This document shows, in pieces, positions 10,612-21,800 of a stretch of 64,000 nt of DNA (position 1 is the stretch's first letter; the number at the start of each line of letters is the position of its first letter). The translations under genes and the position numbers were made by a program. This DNA is from a virus (lineage: Duplodnaviria > Caudoviricetes), in IMG/VR virus record IMGVR_UViG_3300028559_000038, positions 1,688 through 65,687 of that record; one strand, written 5' to 3'. The notes below the pieces were generated by a model. The model saw only the letters and a program-made list of their open reading frames with translations, was not told the DNA's origin and searched no databases.

Positions 10612-11157
10612 TTATCTTATTGATTCGTTCCAGACTGGAATAAATCTTCCATCTTTAGTTTTTGTATAAGTAAGTATACCATCTCCCAACTTTCTGGTCA
10701 ATTCTTGTTTTGTAGGCGTCATATTATTTGTTATTAAACCATCTTTTCTTGGTTGTCCAATATGTATACTTGCCAGTATATCACGAATCTCTTTTACTGT
10801 GTTTTCAGAGTAGTACGCTCTTATTTGAAAACCTCTTTTCCCATTTTCAGAACACCCTACTGGTGGAGGGATGATTCCTCGTTTTATTAAACTTGGCATA
10901 TATTTTCTATGCCTATTAATAATTTTTGCAGTTTCTGTTATCGTATATGCCTTTTCTCTATTTTTTTTAAAATCTAAAATAAAGCATAATTCAATTTTAT
11001 TTTTAATAATATTATACAATGCAACAGTTCCATTTGATCTATTATAATGATGTATTCTTACTAAATCATTATTTAAAAACCAAACAGCCTCGCTGCCTTT
11101 TATTACAGGCGACTGATTGTATTCTTCGCTTTCAATATTTCCTTTTGAAGTAGCCAT
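10612..11157 (-). CDS. putative MerR-like HTH DNA-binding protein
   Basis: AYTITETAKIINRH...GIIP...RAYYSE resembles a MerR/excisionase winged helix. Confidence 0.55.
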   Translation of the reverse strand: MATSKGNIESEEYNQSPVIKGSEAVWFLNNDLVRIHHYNRSNGTVALYNIIKNKIELCFILDFKKNREKAYTITETAKIINRHRKYMPSLIKRGIIPPPVGCSENGKRGFQIRAYYSENTVKEIRDILASIHIGQPRKDGLITNNMTPTKQELTRKLGDGILTYTKTKDGRFIPVWNESIR

Positions 11158-11294
11158 TTCCCCTCGCTTGATGCTGATGGCGGATTATAAAATTTTCTAT
11201 TTCCACAGGACAAACAAAATGATTCCAAGTGATTTTCCCTACTATATTGCCTATCTAAAAACATCCTTGACTTACATCTTGAACATTTTATCAT
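11103..11294 (-). CDS. small zinc-ribbon protein
   Basis: CSRC...CLSCG. Confidence 0.55.
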   Translation of the reverse strand: MIKCSRCKSRMFLDRQYSRENHLESFCLSCGNRKFYNPPSASSEGKWLLQKEILKAKNTISRL

Positions 11295-11737
11295 TAAGTA
11301 GGAACGCCAATTGCAATTAAGTTTACGTGCAAAGATAAATCTCCAGCGCTTCCAAACCTTACAACCCCTTCAACTCTAGAGGTGGTTACATTTTTTAAAA
11401 TTACAGAAACATTTTTACCTGCTAATGTGTTTCCAATGTTTACTGGCGTAGCGGTAACAATTGGGGCATATTTAAAATTATTGCTGAAATCATAAAAAAA
11501 TTCTTTTTCTTGAGCAACAATGACTGTCGCGTTATTGTATATTTCTACACGGGCTGCTACAACACCCATTTCTGAAGTTTTAACGTTAACTATGTCATTA
11601 TTTGTAATATTTATTTTAGCATAATTGCCTGTACTGGATGATATCTGATTATATAATCCGTTGACTGCGTTAGCCAATTGATTTATATATGTTAAATCTA
11701 GGGGCTGCCCTCTTTCTGGTAGTGGTATTTTTGCCAT
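11294..11737 (-). CDS. minor virion/tail protein
   Basis: FKYAPIVTAT...NLIAIG beta-rich C-terminus; last gene of the tail block. Confidence 0.55.
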   Translation of the reverse strand: MAKIPLPERGQPLDLTYINQLANAVNGLYNQISSSTGNYAKINITNNDIVNVKTSEMGVVAARVEIYNNATVIVAQEKEFFYDFSNNFKYAPIVTATPVNIGNTLAGKNVSVILKNVTTSRVEGVVRFGSAGDLSLHVNLIAIGVPT

Positions 11738-11757
11738 ATGTCTCCTTTATTATTATA

Positions 11758-12306
11758 TCAGTCTAAATCTTTAAAATCAGTAATTAAATAAGTTGCTAGA
11801 TCAAATTCTTTCTTTACCAGGGTGTACCTTTGAACTCTAAATCTTGCCATATCTGGACTTCCAGATGCGTATGGATAAGAAATTGAATAACTAGAGCCAG
11901 AAGATTGACCTACCCAAATCCAGTTACTATTAACTGTTCCAGTCTTCCATTGAACATATACGTCAAAAGCAGCAATAGCAGCCTGTTCCTGTTGCAATGC
12001 AACCTCTGCTTCTGTTGGATTTACTATTTGTAATGCTGGCATTGTCCAGGAAAGATTAATTAAATGTTTGGTAATGTCTACCTCAAAATTATGTGGGATA
12101 TGAGTGCTTGTATCTGAAACTATAAAACCAACCTCGTCTGCAGTTGGATCAATATTTAAGGTTGTAATTGGAGACCAATGGGAGTATCTATTTCTGTCTT
12201 CAGAGATTACTCTATATCTAATATTGTGATTTAATTCATAAACATCTCCAACTTGATATAGGTCTGATTTTTTTATTATAACTTTTTTAATGTTGTTGTC
12301 AGGCAT
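11758..12306 (-). CDS. putative minor tail protein (FN3-like features)
   Basis: LSWT, YVQW, FRVQ strands; tail operon. Confidence 0.5.
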   Translation of the reverse strand: MPDNNIKKVIIKKSDLYQVGDVYELNHNIRYRVISEDRNRYSHWSPITTLNIDPTADEVGFIVSDTSTHIPHNFEVDITKHLINLSWTMPALQIVNPTEAEVALQQEQAAIAAFDVYVQWKTGTVNSNWIWVGQSSGSSYSISYPYASGSPDMARFRVQRYTLVKKEFDLATYLITDFKDLD

Positions 12307-13430
12307 TACCCTACCCCTATTGCAAACTTAAACTCTATATAATTATTTGTATTGCTTGATTTTATAATTGTTGTTGCTTCGTCATTTTGTATTATTGAGT
12401 ATCCAACTAATCCGTATAAAGGATTTGATGCGGTTGTGTTCTCAAATTTTAATGCATCTAAAAATACATAAAAATTGTTAGACACTGACCCAGAATCTAC
12501 AACGGATGCGTATATGTTTATTGTGTTTACCGAGGTCCAAGAAAAATTAGAAGTTGTATATAGTTCTTGCTTTTGTTTACTTACTACACAGTATCTATTG
12601 TTTGCAAAATTTTGTTGGCTACTTGCCGAACCATTGTCAACTACCGCTTCAAATCTTGAAAAATTTGAAGTATCTGAACTATTAGTAAATTCTATAATAA
12701 TTTTCACAGTGTCGGGAATTGCAACTGAATCACCGTCTTTGTTAATAACTGAAAACGCCAATCTTAATTCATCTAACGGAGAAACCTTTGATATGTCTAC
12801 AGATGTTCCTACTAGTCTAATATATTCTGGATTTGAGCCAACCACTAAATGCCCTCCAGAAGAAGTCATTGAGCAAGAGTCTCCACGTATTGCAATTGCG
12901 TTATTAAAATATCTGCACCTTTCGTACCTATTTGCCCTATTTTGGTTATAAAATATTTTATTGTCAGCGTTGGTTTCAAAGATTTTTAAGGTTGAATCTA
13001 TTACGTTATTTGATAGGGCAGAGTCAAGCGGAACTGTTATTCTTGCTATGTCTGTCGTTGCTGTTGGTGTTACGTGCTCCCAATTTTCTGCTTCAGAAAA
13101 AACCAAAACTGGTCTACTATCATTTGCTGTTGCATTTGGATTTGCACCAGCGGAATATATTCCAACTTCAGATATCTCATATCTTTCTTCCGTTGGCAAC
13201 TCTGCTGTTAAAACTAATTTTGATTTACCATCTTCAACAATATATCCCCTTGAACTGATTGGAACACGAAACATTTCAAAATTAAGATTTTCTTTTAAAG
13301 AATGATCTGGCGCTGTTGTTAAATTGTCTAGAGGTTTAACTCCACACCCCACAGCCATATATGACGCAAATGCTGGTGTTTGGCCCAACAAATACTTAGC
13401 AATAATATATTTTCCAACATTAGTTATCAT
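12306..13430 (-). CDS. putative tail/baseplate protein
   Basis: MITNVGK...YMAVGCG...EMFRVPI...ISEVGIY pattern typical of tail-fibre attachment proteins. Confidence 0.6.
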   Translation of the reverse strand: MITNVGKYIIAKYLLGQTPAFASYMAVGCGVKPLDNLTTAPDHSLKENLNFEMFRVPISSRGYIVEDGKSKLVLTAELPTEERYEISEVGIYSAGANPNATANDSRPVLVFSEAENWEHVTPTATTDIARITVPLDSALSNNVIDSTLKIFETNADNKIFYNQNRANRYERCRYFNNAIAIRGDSCSMTSSGGHLVVGSNPEYIRLVGTSVDISKVSPLDELRLAFSVINKDGDSVAIPDTVKIIIEFTNSSDTSNFSRFEAVVDNGSASSQQNFANNRYCVVSKQKQELYTTSNFSWTSVNTINIYASVVDSGSVSNNFYVFLDALKFENTTASNPLYGLVGYSIIQNDEATTIIKSSNTNNYIEFKFAIGVG

Positions 13431-14065
13431 GACTCTTCAACTCCAACGGCTATAGTATATATTGTACCACCCGCACCGACTTGAATTTCAACAATTTCGT
13501 CTGAATCTAAATTGATTAAATCAATAACTAAGTCTTTTGTTATAGGGTCTAGGTATACGTTTGTTCCTCCAGGACCATTGCCCTCGACTGGAATTTTAGA
13601 ATCAAGTTTAATGCTAAAATTTGAAAAATATTTATCTGATGTATTTTGTAATCCTAATATTTTTTTTGAAGAATATTCCTGATTAAAGAATGTTAAATTT
13701 TTTATTAATTGATTAGATACATTTTCTCCACTTATTCTATCGTGCCTTGACAAAGAAAGTAACTCTTGCCCCCCAATGTTTTCAAGAGTTAAATTTGATA
13801 GTATTTCCATTGGAATTGTTGCATCGTCCCACAATATAATTTCTGGGGTTGCACTTTTAACTTTAACTGTGGGTGGTGGTGGTGGTGGACTTGGCATGTA
13901 TGGAGGTGTTGCTGGAACGGAAGCAGTTATATTTGAAAATGTATCAAGTGTTTCTTTTATTATTCCACTGTCTTCGGGTGTATTGGGTCCAATTGCAACA
14001 TCAGATACCCAATATGGAATATCTGGGAAATTTCTTTCCCAATTTTTTGCATCTAGTGCGCCCAC
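13427..14065 (-). CDS. putative tail protein with a polyproline linker
   Basis: Tail operon; PPYMPSPPPPPP. Confidence 0.55.
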   Translation of the reverse strand: MGALDAKNWERNFPDIPYWVSDVAIGPNTPEDSGIIKETLDTFSNITASVPATPPYMPSPPPPPPTVKVKSATPEIILWDDATIPMEILSNLTLENIGGQELLSLSRHDRISGENVSNQLIKNLTFFNQEYSSKKILGLQNTSDKYFSNFSIKLDSKIPVEGNGPGGTNVYLDPITKDLVIDLINLDSDEIVEIQVGAGGTIYTIAVGVEES

Positions 14066-14066
14066 T

Positions 14067-17000
14067 TTACACCTCCGCCAAGTATACGGTCATTTCTGGA
14101 CCATTATTTTTTCTGCCATATTCAATACTATAGACTACAAACTGAGTATCTGGATCTGAAATTATACTAACATCGTTTTTTGTATAATCAATTTCAACTA
14201 TGTCTCCTAATTGCAAAACTGGTAATGAAAATATTTCTGCTCCAACCATCTTTTTAGGTTTCATAGATTTATTAATAATCCAACCTAATAAATTTTCTGC
14301 GTCTGAAGAATTTTGAATGTATGGAGTTTCCAAAGAAAAAGTAGAAACTCCGTGGTTTAGTCTGCTTTGTTTTATATAGTTATAGTTTTGCAACGCAAAC
14401 AAAGAGGATCTTATTGTGTTAGTATCTAGGTTATCTTGTTCTGAAAAATTAGATTTTTTATTAAAATAATCATCAACAGATGCAGTATAGGTTGTGTCTT
14501 GGGTAAAAGTTATACCTTGAATTTTTAAATAATTTCCCCCGGTTTCATCTAAATTTAAAGCCGAATCCGTTGCGTTAAAAACTAAAAATTCTGCTCCATA
14601 AGAGTCTGCCTGAAACCCAGAAACAACATATCCCTTTATAGTACTAGGGGTTGGAGATATTTGAGCGTATAACGCTGGAAATGCTTTATCATATTTTATA
14701 TTAAAGTATGCCACTTCTCTAAATATAGAGCCAAATTCATCATAGTATATATTGTAATCTGGTGGTTGAGCAGCAGAGATGCCAGTTAGATACGTAGATT
14801 GCAAAATTCCACTCATAGCGTATTTTCTAAATGAATCATTAGCGCTAATTTTAGAATCTCCAAAAACATTAGAAACTGAGTCTGCAACATCAAAAACAGT
14901 ATTTTGAGAATAATTTTTACCAAGTGCATATATGTTTTCAAACATACATTTTGAGGATCCTCTAACAAATAAGCATGCATTGTTATAGAATGGCAATGGA
15001 TCTAGGTCATCTACTATACCAACAACTTTATTATTAATGAACAAATAAAATCTTTTAGATGTTCCGACATCTTCATACTCTACTGACAAATCATACACTG
15101 TTGGCTTTTCTTCTCCCGCAATTCTATATTGACCAGTAAACTGTCCATCATCTACTAAAATACTTGAAAGCCCAGACCAAATTTTTATTGGTATGGCGTT
15201 TCCACTATCATCTTTTTTAATTTTATAAAAAACCATATTGTAAACATTTACGTCTTTTGTTCCATCGGCATTTATTTTTGTATAAGATTCTATATTTTTT
15301 TGAGTCAATGCAACAATCTCAAAATAATATCCATTGTTGGTTTCTGGATTTATCATTATACCTATACCTCCAGAGCCACCACCAATATTAGAATTTTGAT
15401 TTGGCTGAGTAGATGGCAATTGATAATATATTGCGCTACCAGTTGGCGTTTGTAGTCTGTTATCAGTATTTTCTGATTTTCCTATTATTCTCATTCTTGT
15501 TCCGAAATGTTTAAATGAATTATTTAGCGATTTATATATATATGAAATAAAATTTATTGGCTTGTCCGATGATTCAAATACTGGCCCTGAAAATACTAGA
15601 GCAGATGATTGAATTGTTCCAGTCTCTGCAGATGGTAAACTGTTTAACTGAGTCTCTGTTAAAAAATTATTAGACATAAAGTTTTTTATAATACCATTCC
15701 TTAAAGATTTTTTTGCCAAAGTATCACTTTTACCCGCCTCTCCTAAGGTTGTAATTGGATACTCAATCTCTAGACTAGTATTAAATAGTAAGTCTGATCT
15801 CATACTACATCCACGAACATAAGAGTTATCTGTCCAGTTACTAGATATTCCAGCACTATGACTAGATATTTTTGTTCCAAACTGTGCTCTTCCGTGCTCA
15901 AAAACTGCACCCTCTTTTAATCTTAACTGATTATCAATTGTTTCGTAGTGTGGGTTAGAAAAAATACGAACTAGCCCAGTAGGATATATTTTGCCATTAA
16001 ATTTTAAATTACCAAAGTAATCTTGATACTCTTGATTGTTGCTGATCCATACGTTACCAACCCCAGTTATGTTATATTCAACAGCATCATATTTTATTAT
16101 TTCTCCATTTGAATAAAAATATCCTGTATATCTTGTTAGCCAATATGCATTTTCTCCAACATCTATTATGTTGTTTATTACTATGCCATTTTGAACTGTT
16201 GGTAAAGCAGAAACTAGGTCGGAGTTTATTGGAACCGCTGATAAAATAAAATTTGATTGCTTAGAGACTCTGTCATTTATTGTTTTCATGGAGTCATCCC
16301 CAGAAGATTCCCATAGAAGTGCTGGCTTGTATATCCATGTTTTTTCTCTGTCCAATAAAGAACTTTGGTTTAATGATCCATAAGATCTTTGAATATATCT
16401 TGAGGTATAGTTTATTTTCCCGTCATTGTATATTTTTTTATCTTGAGACGATATTGAAATTATATTTGAAAGGTTTTCACTTTGTGATTTATTTTTAATT
16501 ACTCCGTCAGCAAGTTGATTGTTTGTTCCAATTAATTTAAAGTCTGTGACTCTTTCATTTTTTTCTGGCATAATATAATTCTTACTCATAACTACAAAAT
16601 TATTGTATTCATCAAAAAACATTGCTGTTTGAGTTGAAACCGCCAACTCGTTTAAAACTTGTGCCAAACTTTGCTCTGGAGCAACAAAGAAATAAGGAAT
16701 AATTGGATCTTTTTCATAGCCCAATCTTTTAAATGTGTAATTAGTAAAACCTACAGAATCGAGAATGGTTGATATTGCAAAACTTAAAGACACGTCAGTT
16801 AGAAGCATTCTTGGGGCAGTTTTTGATTCAAAATAAAAGTAAAAATCACGTAAGTTTATTGATACTGAAGATCCGTCATTATTTGTTTGTGGAAAATTAT
16901 CTGAATACAAAGTCTTTATTGGAACAAAATAATTAACTGATAAATCTTTATTGTAGATATTTTCATAAAAAACAAATTTAACATTTTTATTTAAGTAGTT

Positions 17001-18194
17001 TTTAATTATACTGTTGTCGTTGTTTTCATTAAAAGAAAAATTTTCATCAAAAATTGTAACGCTTCCAGTTGATGGCAAAAGTTGTCCTACTGGAATTGCT
17101 CCCTGTGATAGATCGGAAAGAGTTTTATTAATTTTAAAATCAACTATCATGCTAGAAATGTTGGCGGTTAGTCTTGGAGACATTTCAATTAAATCAAATG
17201 TTGAGTCAAATTTGTTCATTGCTTTTACGACAAATCTTATTCCATCAATATATTCAAATTCGTTATAATAAAAAGTTGAATCATCGTTTGTTGTTTTTGT
17301 GGGATTAGATAACTCAGTAACAAATGGAGTTTCATAATCAACATCTTCTGACTTTAAAAACCATTCATTGTTTGAGTAGTATAATTCTAAATATCCATCT
17401 GGTGCAATAATTTCTGAGTCATCACTTCTTTTATTGTTTTCGTTTATGTCTAAAATATCGACCCAATTGTTATTTTTTAAAACCTGAATTTTAAATTTTG
17501 ATGGAACTGTTTTATTTTTATTTCCATAAAACGGGTCTGAAATTGTCTCAGAAATTCCAACAGAATCTCCCCTGTCTAAATATCCTACGTTTGTTTGCAT
17601 TTTAAAAACAATTCTATTACATGGCACGCTATCTTTATATACTATGAATGGACACGCATCTTCTATATAATTAAAGTTATTAATTTTAATATTAGAAATG
17701 CCCCTTTCTTTTCCATCTTCTTTTCTATATGAACTCCAATATTTAAAGTCATCATTTCTCGATGACATGTAGTATCTGGGTGAGTTATTTCCAAAGTGTG
17801 TATTGTTAGGCAAATATTTATTATTAAAATAATCGGTTTTGTTAATACCAGATCTTGGCCTAAACGGCTTTGTGCAATCCTCTAAAGAATAATACAAAGA
17901 TTTTTTTTCATCCAAAGATTGAAAAACCTGTACACTGTTATCTAAGTTATAAGTGTTTTGTTTTTTTTCATAAGATAATAATGCGTCTTCATAGTAATTT
18001 CCTAAGTCGTCTTGATCAAATGTGTTTGGAATTGTTTTATATATGCTTGTATTTTCATTTGGCCTATATCTATAGTTACCTATTTTTTTAATATTTCCAG
18101 GAACATTCATATTCCATTCAGCAATTGTTACAGAGTTAATATATATATCGTTAGATTTTTTTAAATAATCTAATAGATCTTCATTGCTAAACAC
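14067..18194 (-). CDS. large minor tail protein (hub/tip)
   Basis: 1375 aa, two genes after the tape measure; C-terminal LQLGDIVEIDY motif. Confidence 0.7.
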   Translation of the reverse strand: MFSNEDLLDYLKKSNDIYINSVTIAEWNMNVPGNIKKIGNYRYRPNENTSIYKTIPNTFDQDDLGNYYEDALLSYEKKQNTYNLDNSVQVFQSLDEKKSLYYSLEDCTKPFRPRSGINKTDYFNNKYLPNNTHFGNNSPRYYMSSRNDDFKYWSSYRKEDGKERGISNIKINNFNYIEDACPFIVYKDSVPCNRIVFKMQTNVGYLDRGDSVGISETISDPFYGNKNKTVPSKFKIQVLKNNNWVDILDINENNKRSDDSEIIAPDGYLELYYSNNEWFLKSEDVDYETPFVTELSNPTKTTNDDSTFYYNEFEYIDGIRFVVKAMNKFDSTFDLIEMSPRLTANISSMIVDFKINKTLSDLSQGAIPVGQLLPSTGSVTIFDENFSFNENNDNSIIKNYLNKNVKFVFYENIYNKDLSVNYFVPIKTLYSDNFPQTNNDGSSVSINLRDFYFYFESKTAPRMLLTDVSLSFAISTILDSVGFTNYTFKRLGYEKDPIIPYFFVAPEQSLAQVLNELAVSTQTAMFFDEYNNFVVMSKNYIMPEKNERVTDFKLIGTNNQLADGVIKNKSQSENLSNIISISSQDKKIYNDGKINYTSRYIQRSYGSLNQSSLLDREKTWIYKPALLWESSGDDSMKTINDRVSKQSNFILSAVPINSDLVSALPTVQNGIVINNIIDVGENAYWLTRYTGYFYSNGEIIKYDAVEYNITGVGNVWISNNQEYQDYFGNLKFNGKIYPTGLVRIFSNPHYETIDNQLRLKEGAVFEHGRAQFGTKISSHSAGISSNWTDNSYVRGCSMRSDLLFNTSLEIEYPITTLGEAGKSDTLAKKSLRNGIIKNFMSNNFLTETQLNSLPSAETGTIQSSALVFSGPVFESSDKPINFISYIYKSLNNSFKHFGTRMRIIGKSENTDNRLQTPTGSAIYYQLPSTQPNQNSNIGGGSGGIGIMINPETNNGYYFEIVALTQKNIESYTKINADGTKDVNVYNMVFYKIKKDDSGNAIPIKIWSGLSSILVDDGQFTGQYRIAGEEKPTVYDLSVEYEDVGTSKRFYLFINNKVVGIVDDLDPLPFYNNACLFVRGSSKCMFENIYALGKNYSQNTVFDVADSVSNVFGDSKISANDSFRKYAMSGILQSTYLTGISAAQPPDYNIYYDEFGSIFREVAYFNIKYDKAFPALYAQISPTPSTIKGYVVSGFQADSYGAEFLVFNATDSALNLDETGGNYLKIQGITFTQDTTYTASVDDYFNKKSNFSEQDNLDTNTIRSSLFALQNYNYIKQSRLNHGVSTFSLETPYIQNSSDAENLLGWIINKSMKPKKMVGAEIFSLPVLQLGDIVEIDYTKNDVSIISDPDTQFVVYSIEYGRKNNGPEMTVYLAEV

Positions 18195-18195
18195 G

Positions 18196-18801
18196 CTAGA
18201 CCTCTTCTAAAGTTATATTAATATTCCATAAGTCTTGGTTTGCAAAACCACTTCTTTTTACAACAGAGTATGAAAAATCTGCAAAATACATTAAAACAAT
18301 TTGATTATATTTTGTTTGATCTGCATTATTATCGTAAGCAAGAAATACCCAGAACGGTCCTGGATGATTGTCGTACCAATTTAATAACTCTGTTCCTCCT
18401 GCACCTGCGTCTACAGTAAACTGCTCATAAGTACCAGATAATGCAGAGGCTCCCGAAGAATCATAGTTTGGATTATTCTTAAATGACCTTGACGGGAGTA
18501 ACTGCCAAGAAGTAGATAATGTAAGTTTGTCAGCAATATTGTAGGCTCTCATATTTCCATTAATCATTCTTTGCCTGTTTTGAATTCTATTAGATGAAAA
18601 ATTTAACTCAGATCTATTGTGATCGCTAGTTATTAAAAAGGTATTTTGTTCATCAGTCGGCACACCAGTATTATTTGCCCCTATTTCTGTTCCTGTTGGG
18701 TAATAAAATCCATTTGATAAAGTCCCGGAATTTTCTGACCAAAGCATAGCCTGAGGGCTATAGTATTTTTTTCTACCACCTAAGTACGCTGCAGTTGCCA
18801 T
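18196..18801 (-). CDS. distal-tail-like protein
   Basis: Directly after the tape measure; RMINGNMR, ends ITLEEV. Confidence 0.6.
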   Translation of the reverse strand: MATAAYLGGRKKYYSPQAMLWSENSGTLSNGFYYPTGTEIGANNTGVPTDEQNTFLITSDHNRSELNFSSNRIQNRQRMINGNMRAYNIADKLTLSTSWQLLPSRSFKNNPNYDSSGASALSGTYEQFTVDAGAGGTELLNWYDNHPGPFWVFLAYDNNADQTKYNQIVLMYFADFSYSVVKRSGFANQDLWNINITLEEV

Positions 18802-21800
18802 TAGTACTTATTCCCCCTAATTCTTTGTGAGTCCATATTTTTAATTTGCGTAAGAACAACCCTAGCAATATCATTTGGATTCATTGACCCACCACTTGCA
18901 TCAATACTTAAACTATAATTATACACTGAATTGGAATTGTTTGTAACTTCATTTCTATTTGCTTGTACCATTCCAGAGTTGTACCCTGAAAGTGCATTTT
19001 GTGGATATCCTGATTCATTCATTTGCTTTAGCAATGGTCCAAACCTTTGCGTTGCAGACTTACTCATAACATATTCTCCTGGAGTAAGCATTGCAGGAAC
19101 TGTGTCTGACCCACGAGACAGGCCTCCTTTTGCAAAGTATTGAGGAACCATTCCTCCCTTACTTAAGTAGCCTAATGCCTGCTTTCTTAAAGCAACAGCA
19201 TCGGAAGAAGCAATGGCTTTTACTGCTCCAATCTCTTTCATCATTTTTACTGTTGCTGATTCTGCTGCATTATAGTTACCCTTTTTAACAAGATTTTGAA
19301 TTCCAGAAGTTAATCTTGCGGCAATTCCTTTTTGTGTACCATCAAGACCTGTAGGTGTTCCACCTCTAACAGTATCTTCAACATCGTCTAAGGTTCCACC
19401 CCCTGCAAGTTTTGCTGCCAGGGCTACCATTCTTATTAAAACTTGTTCTGCTCTTTTTAGTGCCTCTGTGTATGAATCAGTTTGAACTTCAGCAGCACGT
19501 ATTGCCAACTCTGCCTGCGCAAACCTTTGTCTTTGCGCATCAATAGCATCTATTTCTTTCTTTAAGGATGACTCTAATACGGCTAATTGGTTTACTTTTA
19601 ACTGATAGTTTTGATCCTCTAACGCAATAATTTCATTAATTTTAATTTGTTGCTGTTCTTCAATAGCATATATTTGTAAACTTATAGCATACATTTTTTC
19701 TTCAATTTGCACTCTACTTAATCCAGAAGCAGATCTTAAGGCTGCAATTTGATTTTCTTGGGCAACCTGCAAAGCATGTAAACTATCTTCTTGGGCGTAC
19801 TGTTGATTTTGCGCCCTTATGTCTTGTGCTATTTGTGCTGCTTGTGATATGTCTCCACTAGATAGTGCATCAGCAAGAGATATTTTAGATTTTTCTTGTT
19901 GAACAAGCCTACTGTTTAATTCATAAACTTTTTGAAGAGCCTCTTTTTGCTCTTCATATTTTTTAGTTATTAACTCTGCACTTTTTTCTATTAAAGATAA
20001 ATCGTGATTTAATTTTTTAGTTTGATCTTGAAGAGCCTGAATTGGTCTATCATATTCTATTTCAATGTATCTTCTTTTTGCATCTATTGCATCTTCATTC
20101 GCTTTAATCAGACCATTGATTCTTTTAATTTCTGGCTCATACCTAGCACGAGCCTGACTTTCTTGAACATCTAGCATTTCAGAAACCTTAGACATATCAT
20201 CACGAAATGACTGAATAGGGTTAATAAATCTTGCAGTCTCTTGATTCTTTTTATTCGCCGTTTCAAAATCTTTTGCTGCTTGTATAGCATCTTTTCCTGC
20301 TGACTTTGATGCGATTGCTGCAGCGAGATTTGCATCCGCAACCATCTCTAAAGCAGTTGCATTATCTATTCCCGCTTTTGTTAATTTTATAAATGCTTGT
20401 TTTTGATCATCAGCGGTTTTTGTTAAACCAATTTGCCTTGCCTGGAATATTCCAATTGTTTTTTCGTCATATGCTTTTCTTGCTGCCTCTCCAAGTTTTG
20501 TCAACGCTACTGCTCCATCATTGCTTACTTTAATTAACTTGCCTTGAATAGCCTTTTCTATTCCTCCTACCCAATCAATAAAATCTGTGTTTCCAGTAAT
20601 TGTAGATAGTTGTTGATTTAATCCTTTAAATATTGTTAAATCTTTATTTCCTCCAAGAATACGCATAAGTTCTTCGTCTCCACCCTCGGCATTAATTCTT
20701 GAATCCCTTGTGCGCTTTAAGTCAGTTAAAATTGAATCAAAGGTTGTATCTCTATTGCCACCTGGTACATTTTTATTACCACCTGGGATTGTGTTATCTA
20801 TACTAATTTTTGTTACTTTTTGTGCAGACTCAACATAATAATCTGCTTCAGTTTTTCCTGGATTTTGTTTTAGCCAATTTTGAATTGCTTCTGAATTATT
20901 TCCTTTAATATTTGCCATTGTTGTAAGTGTTTGCAAATATACCTTTTGTTGTTCTGCTGGAAGTTTACTAAAATATTCTTGATCTTTTCTTAAGGCCTCC
21001 ATTTCTTTTGCACCTAGTATTTTTGTTGCAATGTCTAAATCAATTTTTCCTTTTTGTTTATTAATCTCATCTATTGTTGACTGTAGTTTTGCTGCTTCAA
21101 TTGGATTATTGCTGTAATATGTTAATGCAACTTCAATATCCATAACATTTCCAACTTTACTTATGTCTGCAAAAAGTTTTAGATATTTTTCTGCTTCTGC
21201 TGAAGTTTTGCCACTAATGTCCGCAATAAATTTTGTCTGTTGCTCTTTAAGTGGATTTCCATTTTTATCTTGAAATAGGTTAACAACTGACATTGCTTGA
21301 TTAGCAAAAGCACCACCAAACTTTGTAACAATATTCATAACTTTGGTTAAAGTTTCTGAATCTTTCCCAAATGTTTCTATCAAATTAACAATTTGCATTG
21401 GGTCCATTTGACCAGAGGCTAATTGCATTTTTAAAGTAAATTGTGCTTCTTTAGATAAAGACGAACCACTTAATAAATCTGTAGCAAGTGGTGCTATATC
21501 TGCCATAGCAGTATCTTTATATTTACTTGTAATCTGTTTGTCTAATCCAGTTTCAAGTGCTCCACGAACTGCTCCAGATGAATTTTTATATGTATTTTGT
21601 ATATCTGTAACTAATTTTCCATTTTGCTCAAGCAATGTAGAATTTTCTCGTTGATAGTCATTTTGTAACTGGATTGCTTTTGCAGTGTCTCCAGCAGCCT
21701 TAGCATTAGCAATTCTTTGTTCATACTCAAGTCTTAAAGAATCTTGCATCTGTTGGCTTTGTTCTAAGGCCATTTTTTGCATAGCAACATTTGCTCCAGA

